Assembly: GCA_964616915.1 (NCBI GenBank)
Contig: CAZTSL010000002.1
Location: 12,090 to 76,089, forward strand
Length of the DNA: 64,000 nt
DNA from: an uncultured bacterium
Lineage (GTDB): Bacteria > Myxococcota_A > CAZTSL01
Reading direction: 5' to 3'
The first letter of the stretch is position 1, and every line of letters starts with the position of its first letter. The position numbers and the translations under genes were made by a program. The notes beneath the pieces are model-generated. The model was not told the DNA's origin. It saw only the letters and a list, made by a program, of their open reading frames with translations, and made no database searches. Shown piece after piece: positions 57,253 to 64,000 of the stretch.

Positions 57253-58713
57253 ATGAATCGTTCTTCCCTCTCCCTTCGAGACCCCCTGCGGGTGCTCTCC
57301 TTGCTCGTCCCCACCCTCCTGCTCTTGCCCTTGACACTCCATGCGACGGAAGATCCCGACGTGGCCACGCTCGAGCGAACCTCGAAGGCATTCGCCCGGG
57401 TGGCCAAGAGAGCGATCCCCGGGGTGGTCTTCATCAAGGTGGAGAAGAAGGTCACGCCGGGATGGCGCCGCTCCCCCCGATACTCCAACGATCCCTTCGA
57501 CATGTTCGCGGAGGAGTTCTTCGAGCGCTTCTTCCGCCACCGCCTCCCCCGGCGCCAGGACGAACGCTACGTCGAGATCGGGCAGGGTTCCGGTTTCATC
57601 GTCTCCCCGAAGGGGTATATCCTCACGAACCACCACGTCGTGGGGGAAGGAGACCGCTTCCAGGTCATCCTCTACGACGGACGCAAATTCTCCGCAACCT
57701 TCATCGGCAGCGATCCGGAGTCGGACGTGGCCGTCATCCAGATCGATGGGAAGGATCTCCCCGTCCTGCCGATGGGTGACTCCGACCGGCTCGAGGTCGG
57801 GGAGTGGGTGATCGCCATCGGCAACCCCTTCGGGCTCTCCCACACGATCACGGTCGGCGTGGTGAGCGCCAAGGGGAGGAGCGGAATGGGGATCAACGAC
57901 TACGAAGACTTCATCCAGACCGATGCGGCGATCAATCCCGGGAACTCCGGAGGCCCCCTCATCAACATCCGCGGAGAGGCCGTCGGAATCAGTACCGCGA
58001 TCTTCTCGAAGAGCGGCGGTTACATGGGGATCGGCTTCGCCATCCCGATCAATATGGCCCGCGTGATCGAACGCCAGATCGTCAACGCCGGTGGCGTCAC
58101 CCGCGGCTACCTCGGCGTCACGATCCAGGAACTCACCAGCGAGATCGCCGCCTCCCTCGGCCTCGACACGAATGAAGGCGTCCTCATCGTCGAGGTCGTC
58201 CCCGATTCCCCGGCGGACGAGGCCGGACTCCGTCGCGGTGATGTCGTCCTCGCCTACGGCGGAAAACGGGTGGAGAGCCCGGCCCACTTCCGGAACATGG
58301 TTGCGCTCTCCGAACCGGACAAGCCGGTCGAGATCGTCGTCTTCCGGGATGGAAAGCGGATCAGGAAACGGGTTCGTCCCTCCCCCCTCGAAGAACCCTA
58401 CGAGCCGACCGCGCGCCAGATCGAGATGATGGAACACCTCGGCTTCATGGTCACCGACCTCACGAAACCACTCGCCGATCGCCTCGGCTACGACACCGCC
58501 GGTGGGGTCGTCGTCTCCGAGGTCTATCGCGGAACCCTCGCACACGTCAACGGACTTCGCCCCGGGATGCTCATCCGGGAACTCAACCGCAAACCGGTCC
58601 CCGACACGAAGACCTTCTTCGAGTTGCTCGAAGAGGCGATCTCGGGTCGTGCGATCCTCCTCCTCGTCCAGGATGGGTCCTTCACGAAGTACGTCGTGCT
58701 GAAGCTCCGGTGA
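57253..58713 (+). CDS. htrA: Periplasmic serine endoprotease DegP/HtrA (Do family, two PDZ domains)
   Basis: Signal peptide. Catalytic triad context TNHHVV (His), D in DVAVIQI, and GNSGGPL (Ser). Two PDZ-like segments. Confidence 0.9.
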   Translation: MNRSSLSLRDPLRVLSLLVPTLLLLPLTLHATEDPDVATLERTSKAFARVAKRAIPGVVFIKVEKKVTPGWRRSPRYSNDPFDMFAEEFFERFFRHRLPRRQDERYVEIGQGSGFIVSPKGYILTNHHVVGEGDRFQVILYDGRKFSATFIGSDPESDVAVIQIDGKDLPVLPMGDSDRLEVGEWVIAIGNPFGLSHTITVGVVSAKGRSGMGINDYEDFIQTDAAINPGNSGGPLINIRGEAVGISTAIFSKSGGYMGIGFAIPINMARVIERQIVNAGGVTRGYLGVTIQELTSEIAASLGLDTNEGVLIVEVVPDSPADEAGLRRGDVVLAYGGKRVESPAHFRNMVALSEPDKPVEIVVFRDGKRIRKRVRPSPLEEPYEPTARQIEMMEHLGFMVTDLTKPLADRLGYDTAGGVVVSEVYRGTLAHVNGLRPGMLIRELNRKPVPDTKTFFELLEEAISGRAILLLVQDGSFTKYVVLKLR

Positions 58714-58733
58714 TCGGGAAGATCCCCCCCACG

Positions 58734-61700
58734 ATGCAACGTGCCGTCACGGCATTCCTTTGCACGGGCCTCCTCTTTTGCTGTGCCTGCGTGAAGCGGA
58801 GGGGGGATCTCGTCACCACCGATGAGGGGGAAGGAGGGGGGAGCGGTGTTTCCTCCGGCCCCCTCGCCAGACCGCGCCGGGTCACGACGAGCCCGGAGAA
58901 CGAGTTCCTCCCCGCCCTCTCGCCCGATGGCCGACGTCTCGCCTACGTCTCGGATCGCTCCGGCAACCTCGACATCTGGCTCGAATCCCTCGATCCGGGT
59001 GTGCGAAGGGGGGCACGGCGGCTCACCTTCAGCGCGGCCACCGATACGGAGCCCGCCTTCTCCCCCGATGGGGAGCGCCTCCTCTTCACCTCGATGCGCG
59101 AGGACGTTCTGGGGGATATCTACGAGGCCCGCATCACCCGGGTCTCCGGACGCTCCGAGCCGGAACTCCGACGACTCACCTCGGCCGGACGCGCGGAACG
59201 TTCGCCGGTCTATGCGCCCGACGGAGCATCGTGCTTCTTCACCGCCGGGCAGGGGGAAAGACGAAGGATCATGCGGATGAAGCTGGCAACCCGCCAGGTC
59301 GAGCCGGTCGGACCGCCAGGGGGGGGACAACCCGCCCCCTCCCCCGATGGACGCTACCTCGCCTTCACCCGCTTCCGAATGGGACAGGGGGAACGCTCCG
59401 GCGGGGTCGTCGCGCTCCTCGATCTCGAAACGGGCATCTTCGTGGACGTGACGGATCGGCTCGACGCCTTCCCCCACTGGGGGAACGGGGGCAAGCGCCT
59501 CTTCTTCACCCGCTACGCGGACGACACGAACCTCGACGGAACGATCGACCTCTTCGACCGTCCCTCGGTGTGGCGGATCCCCTTTCGTTCCGAATATCTC
59601 GAAGGCACCCCTCCCCCTCCCGCGGAACCGGTCACCGACTCGGGGGAAGGGGTCTTTTTCCCCACGCTCGGCGGCGGGGATCTCTACTTCACGCGCTTCG
59701 ACAGGATCGGCGCCGACATCTGGCGACTGGCCGGAAACGATCTGGCGTTGCGCTTCCCCACGCCGGAACGACTCTTCGCGCGGGCGGAAGCGACCCGGGA
59801 GCCCTACCGGGCGATCCACCTCTACCGGCTCGTCGCAGGAGGCAACGCGGCACACTTTCTCCGCCCGGCCCGGGATCCCACGACGCTGGCCGCCCGCGCA
59901 CGCCTGGCGATGGCCCGGCGTTTCGAGGAACTCGGCGACCAGAAACGCGCGCTCGAGATCCTCTCGGAGATCATCCAGCAGATCCCCCAGACGCAGACGG
60001 CGGGTCTGGCAAGGGTCATGGAGATCCGACTCCGCCATGGCGTGACGAGCCAGGCGGTCGGCCGGCGGGATCTCTCTCCCGAAGCGGGGAGCGCGGCACT
60101 CGAAGCCCTCTCCGCGCTGATCGCCGCTTCCCCCTTCCCACGGGTGAAGGCGGCGGCTCAACTCGCCAAGGGGGAGACGAGACGCGCGATGAACGACGAC
60201 GCCGGTGCGCTCGCCGACTACGAGGCCGTGCTCCCCTATGCGTCCGATGCGCCGGACGAGGCAGCGGCCGCCCGTCTGGCCCGGGGGGACATCTTCCGCC
60301 TCGTCGGCGACGAAGCCCAGCTTACGGCGACCTATCTCGGGATCATCCGCGACTACGCGGCCTCCCCGGAATGGTGCCGGGCCGCCGCCCGGCGGCTCGT
60401 GGCCCTCGCCGATCTCTCCGAGCGCTTCGAGGAGCGTCTCGCCAGATTGCGGGAATTCGTCTCCCTCCAGGCGGATCTGCCGATCCTCCCGGCCCTGGCG
60501 CAAAACGAGATCGGCAACCTCTATGCGGCCACGGGACGCCTTGCAGAGGCGAAACGTGCCTACCAGGCCACGATCTCCAACTTCCCCTCCGAAACGGAGG
60601 AGGCCGCGGACGCTTACTTCAAACTCGCCGAGATCCTGGCCCGGGAGGGGAACGACCGCGAGCGGATGGCCCTCTACCGCCGGATGTACGAGGCGGGAGA
60701 CTTCCCGGAGGAGATCCGGCAACGCGCAAGGCAAGGCTACATCGATGCGGCGCTCGCCGCCGCGGAGAAGGAACGCAACCTCCGGGAGTGGGGACGCGCG
60801 GCCAGAATCTATCGCGAACTGATCGCCTTCGACGACCGGATCGTGGCGGCACACCGCGGCATCGTCGCCTGCGCGGTCCCCCGGCACAAACAGAGGGAAA
60901 CCCTTGCCGAATACCGGCGCCTTGCGGCGCAACACCCCGAAAACCCCGCTTTCCGCTACACGATCGGCCTCCTGATGACCTACGATCCCGCCATCGAAGG
61001 GGATGCGGATCCCAAGGCAGCCCTTGCCGCGATCGACCGGGCGATCGCAGAGGTGACGCATGCGATCCGTCTCGACCCCCTCTCCCCCTTTCCCCACCAG
61101 ACGCTCGGATGGCTCCTCGAACAGAAGGACCGGCTGGCCCGTACGATCGCGGAGCGGGAGAACCGCTTTTTCGGCTACGCTCGCCTCCTCCTGGGGATGG
61201 CGCTCGATCTCTTCGAGAAGGAACCCCCCGCTCCGACGCTCGAACAGGCGCTCGAATCGTATGCCCGGGCGCTCGTCCTCCTCGGTGATGCTCCCCGTCC
61301 CCGGGATGCGGCCGATCTCTACCTCAACATGGGCAACGGTTACTTCCGCCTCGAGGCCTACCGGCGGGCCTACCACTACTATCACCGCCGACTGGCCTCC
61401 GGCGTCCCCTTCCTCGATCCCCGGCGGGAATTCGCCTTCTACCGGAAATTCGGCCGGGTGGCCTTCCACCTCGAACGCTACGACGAGGCCGCCGCCTACT
61501 TCAAGCGGGCGATCGAATACGCGGAAGCCAACGAACCGATCGGGGAGCAGATCGTCCTCTACACCCGACTGGCGCTCAACGAGCAGGATGCGGGACGCTA
61601 CCCCGAGGCGATCGAGTACTTCCGTAAGGCCTTCCAGCTCAACCGGAAACTCGGACGCCACGACCTCGAGGCGCAGGCGCTTCGCAACATCGCGATCAAT

Positions 61701-64000
61701 GAGTACTTCGCAGGCACGCGCGATCGGGACGCGGAGCGCTTCACCGCAGCGCTCGATCACTTCTTCGAAAGCCGCGATGCCCTCACCGCCTATGGGATCA
61801 AGGCCCAGGCACGCAAAGGGGGACGCTTCGACATCGAAACCACGGTCACGGGCAGCGACACGACCGCAGCCTCCGAGGCCGCCGAGGGGTTCGACGAACG
61901 GGGGGAACTGGCCCTCGTCTTCACCTTCATCGGAAACATCTACAAGAGCTTCGAGGACTACGAGAACGCCCAGAAATTTCTGAGGGAGAAACTCCGCCTC
62001 CTCGACCGGAAGCTCGAAAGCCACCCGAAGGCGCGGAGGTTTCTGGCGAAACGTCTTTCGATCCGGAACGCCGGTGCCATCGATACGGAGGATCTGGCGA
62101 TCCTCACCCAACGCGCACGGATCCTCAACAACCTCGGCGTTCTGGCCGATCAGCTCCACGACTTCGCCACGGCCCGTACCGATTTCCTCGCCTCGCTCGA
62201 CCTCTGCCGGCAGCTCGAAAACGTCCGCGGAATCCTCGTCAATACGGTCAACCTCGGCAAAATTGCGCTGCAAGACCCGACGGTGGACCTTGCCACACTC
62301 CAGGAGACGATCGCCCGCCAGGAGGAGGCCCTGGAATTCCTCTCCCCCGGCTCGAAGTCCGGCTTTGCGATGGGGGCGGAGAGCACGCGCTCCCCCATTC
62401 CCCCCCTCGATCGAATCGCGATCGAAAACAACCTTGGCGGCCTCTTCGTCCGTCTCGCCGAACGATGGCAGGGAATGCCCCGGCAGGCGCCCCCCCACGA
62501 GGGGAGAAGCGGGGAAGACCTCGCAGCGGCCGTCACGGCCGCCCTCCGCGAACTCGAAACGGAAATGGCGCGTCTGAGAGAGGAGCGGGAAGCGTTCCTC
62601 GCCGAAGCCCGGAACCATTTCGAGCGGGCATTGGCGCTCGCGCGCCAACAGGGCGCAGCGCCGGCGGCAGAGGCCGCCCTCCTGATGAACCGCGCGCTCC
62701 TCACGGCCCGGCAAGGCCCCCTCTCCGACGAGGCGAAGACGCGGATCGTTTCCGACCTCGAAGCCGCCCTCGATCTTGCAAGGACGTGGCATCTGCCCCA
62801 CCTGCGATGGAAGGTCGAGGTTCAGCTGGCCCGCTTCCTCCCTGCCGACGTCGCTCGGAAACACCTCTCCGCGGCGGTGCGAGCGCTGGAGTTCTATCCC
62901 CCGTCCCTGGTCCTCCCGAGAACGGCATGGCGAGATCGGACACGGATCCGCGAACTCTACGAACGTCTCGTCGCTGTGCTCTGGCCTGCATCACCGGAAA
63001 ATGCCTTTTGGGCCTCGGAACTCCATCTCGCCCGTGAGATCGTCTTCGCGCTTCGAGAGTCCGATCTATCCTTTGCCGATCCTGAGCTACGGGCCCTCTT
63101 CCGGGAGGGGCGGGCGCGGGAGCGGGACGTGGCGAAGGCGCTCGCCCGCCTCCACCGCGCCGGTTCGGCAGAGGGGGAGGCCCGGGCCGGGGCGGAGGCG
63201 GCCCTTTCGGCGTATCACGCCTTCCTCGAGGCACTTCCAGAGCGGGCGCCGGCACTCCTCCCCTTCCTCTCGGGAGAGGCCGCGGGGAGTGGGGAGATTC
63301 GGGCGCTCCTTCCGGAGCGAACGGCGCTCGTCAAGTTCTTCCTCCTCTCCGATCGGATCCTCGTCTGGTTCCTGACGAGGGAGCAACGCTTCACATACGT
63401 CGTCGAGGTTCCGATCGAAGGGGTGCTCCATGCGCGGGCACCCGGAGACCTCCTCTTCGGTCCCGTTGCAGAGGTTCTGGCCGGGATCGAACGGCTCTAC
63501 GTCGTTCCCGATCGGGCGCTCTGGCGCCTCGACTTTCCACGTCTTCCGGTAAGGGGCAAGCCCCTGGGGGAGGGACGGGGCGTGGTCCATCTCCCGAGCG
63601 CGACCCTTCTCGTCGCGGCGAACCGGGCCAGGAACATCAACCGGAGTCCCTTCCTCCTCTTCGCCGTTTCCGATGCGTTGCGCAAGCCACTCCCCTCCGG
63701 GTACGTCGAGGCCCTGGGGCGAGTGCTCCCCCTCTCCGAGGCGGTGACCGGACCCGGCACGGGAAAGGGAATCTTTCGGGAGCGGGTGGCAGAGGCAGGG
63801 ATCGCTCAGATCGAGATGCCGCTCTCCCTGCATCCGGTCTTCCCCGCGAAGTCGGCGTTGCGCTTTCCCGACAACGGGCGGGGCACCTCGGATCTCCAGG
63901 CGTGGGAGTTCCCCGCCCTCTCGCTGCGCTCCCACCTCCTCCTCTTCTCCGATGTCATCGCTCCGGAAGGGGACGACGCCCGGGCTCGTGATCTCCTCCT
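58734..64000 (+). CDS. Giant lipoprotein (more than 1750 aa, 3' end beyond window) with TolB/PD40-type beta-propeller, TPR repeats and C-terminal CHAT (caspase-like) domain
   Basis: Manual frame-0 translation from ATG 58734: MQRAVTAFLCTGLLFCCAC (lipobox). PD40 repeats LSPDGRRLAYVSDRSGNLDIW, PAFSPDGERLLFTS, PSPDGRYLAFTR. TPR-like YFKRAIEYAE.../AIEYFRKAFQLNRKLG. CHAT-like LYVVPDRALWRLDFPRLP...GVVHLPSATLLVAA. No stop to the window end, hence missing from the ORF track. The minus ORF 58524..62864 is its antisense shadow. Confidence 0.65.
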   Translation, partial: MQRAVTAFLCTGLLFCCACVKRRGDLVTTDEGEGGGSGVSSGPLARPRRVTTSPENEFLPALSPDGRRLAYVSDRSGNLDIWLESLDPGVRRGARRLTFSAATDTEPAFSPDGERLLFTSMREDVLGDIYEARITRVSGRSEPELRRLTSAGRAERSPVYAPDGASCFFTAGQGERRRIMRMKLATRQVEPVGPPGGGQPAPSPDGRYLAFTRFRMGQGERSGGVVALLDLETGIFVDVTDRLDAFPHWGNGGKRLFFTRYADDTNLDGTIDLFDRPSVWRIPFRSEYLEGTPPPPAEPVTDSGEGVFFPTLGGGDLYFTRFDRIGADIWRLAGNDLALRFPTPERLFARAEATREPYRAIHLYRLVAGGNAAHFLRPARDPTTLAARARLAMARRFEELGDQKRALEILSEIIQQIPQTQTAGLARVMEIRLRHGVTSQAVGRRDLSPEAGSAALEALSALIAASPFPRVKAAAQLAKGETRRAMNDDAGALADYEAVLPYASDAPDEAAAARLARGDIFRLVGDEAQLTATYLGIIRDYAASPEWCRAAARRLVALADLSERFEERLARLREFVSLQADLPILPALAQNEIGNLYAATGRLAEAKRAYQATISNFPSETEEAADAYFKLAEILAREGNDRERMALYRRMYEAGDFPEEIRQRARQGYIDAALAAAEKERNLREWGRAARIYRELIAFDDRIVAAHRGIVACAVPRHKQRETLAEYRRLAAQHPENPAFRYTIGLLMTYDPAIEGDADPKAALAAIDRAIAEVTHAIRLDPLSPFPHQTLGWLLEQKDRLARTIAERENRFFGYARLLLGMALDLFEKEPPAPTLEQALESYARALVLLGDAPRPRDAADLYLNMGNGYFRLEAYRRAYHYYHRRLASGVPFLDPRREFAFYRKFGRVAFHLERYDEAAAYFKRAIEYAEANEPIGEQIVLYTRLALNEQDAGRYPEAIEYFRKAFQLNRKLGRHDLEAQALRNIAINEYFAGTRDRDAERFTAALDHFFESRDALTAYGIKAQARKGGRFDIETTVTGSDTTAASEAAEGFDERGELALVFTFIGNIYKSFEDYENAQKFLREKLRLLDRKLESHPKARRFLAKRLSIRNAGAIDTEDLAILTQRARILNNLGVLADQLHDFATARTDFLASLDLCRQLENVRGILVNTVNLGKIALQDPTVDLATLQETIARQEEALEFLSPGSKSGFAMGAESTRSPIPPLDRIAIENNLGGLFVRLAERWQGMPRQAPPHEGRSGEDLAAAVTAALRELETEMARLREEREAFLAEARNHFERALALARQQGAAPAAEAALLMNRALLTARQGPLSDEAKTRIVSDLEAALDLARTWHLPHLRWKVEVQLARFLPADVARKHLSAAVRALEFYPPSLVLPRTAWRDRTRIRELYERLVAVLWPASPENAFWASELHLAREIVFALRESDLSFADPELRALFREGRARERDVAKALARLHRAGSAEGEARAGAEAALSAYHAFLEALPERAPALLPFLSGEAAGSGEIRALLPERTALVKFFLLSDRILVWFLTREQRFTYVVEVPIEGVLHARAPGDLLFGPVAEVLAGIERLYVVPDRALWRLDFPRLPVRGKPLGEGRGVVHLPSATLLVAANRARNINRSPFLLFAVSDALRKPLPSGYVEALGRVLPLSEAVTGPGTGKGIFRERVAEAGIAQIEMPLSLHPVFPAKSALRFPDNGRGTSDLQAWEFPALSLRSHLLLFSDVIAPEGDDARARDLL

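Noticed and set aside
58524-62864. 1446 aa minus-strand ORF, and + ORFs 59231..61288 and 61060..61983
   Set aside because: The frame-0 + strand gives a continuous PD40/TPR/CHAT protein with a lipoprotein signal. These other frames are R/P/G-rich nonsense.

Overview
This 64 kb window is very GC-rich (about 67-70 % by eye) and bacterial, with dense, mostly operonic coding. Many long open frames on the opposite strand of real genes are antisense artefacts typical of high-GC DNA. Genes were therefore called from protein motifs, not ORF length. The ORF track appears to list only frames with an in-window stop, so two genes that run off the window edges had to be found by manual translation. No tRNA, rRNA or CRISPR array was recognisable by eye.

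Five blocks stand out.

1. Respiratory supercluster, minus strand, 1-11.7 kb.
- A Tat-exported, NapA-like molybdopterin oxidoreductase.
- Three NapG-type ferredoxins.
- Two NapH-type membrane polyferredoxins, one fused to an N-terminal YHS/TRASH metal-binding domain.
- An exported protein of unknown function.
- A hexaheme cytochrome c.
- The 5' part of a second Tat-dependent MopB protein of ACIII-ActB / Qrc-QrcB / Psr type that continues past position 1.

2. Accessory genes (minus strand, 12.0-18.4 kb), a PUFA-synthase-like megasynthase (18.8-28.0 kb, 3073 aa) and a His-loop metal SBP (28.2-29.2 kb).
- Accessory genes: a radical-SAM protein, a Tat metallophosphoesterase, a membrane-anchored DxDxDG calcium-repeat protein, an orphan histidine kinase, a family-5 solute-binding protein and an ArsR regulator.
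- The megasynthase is a single protein with the domain order KS-AT-KS-4xACP-KR-DH.
- A Sfp-type phosphopantetheinyl transferase domain is fused at its C-terminus.
- The four tandem ACP domains are near-identical at DNA level.
- An orphan His-loop metal-binding SBP lies directly downstream.

3. Small-peptide pair, 31.3-32.1 kb.
- Two tandem, near-identical genes encode about 98 aa secreted peptides with six cysteines each.
- They sit behind a tandem TTGTACAA palindrome.
- Housekeeping genes follow: ansA, a PfkB kinase, hflX and a fused sat/cysC.

4. Ni-superoxide dismutase module, 38.8-40.4 kb.
- sodN, its maturation peptidase sodX, and a NicO/NiCoT-like nickel permease.

5. Candidate novel system, 41.3-52.3 kb. 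A co-directional, translationally coupled four-gene cluster sits divergent from sodN.
- A membrane-spanning vWA (MIDAS) protein.
- A 1060 aa protein with an unmistakable FtsZ/tubulin GTPase domain.
- An 828 aa uncharacterised membrane protein.
- A 947 aa four-TM protein with an atypical P-loop.
- I regard this cluster as the best candidate for a previously undescribed membrane-remodelling or conflict system.

The window ends with panB, small proteins, an FHA-GAF histidine kinase, htrA, and a giant lipoprotein (more than 1750 aa, partial) with a TolB/PD40 beta-propeller, TPR repeats and a CHAT domain.
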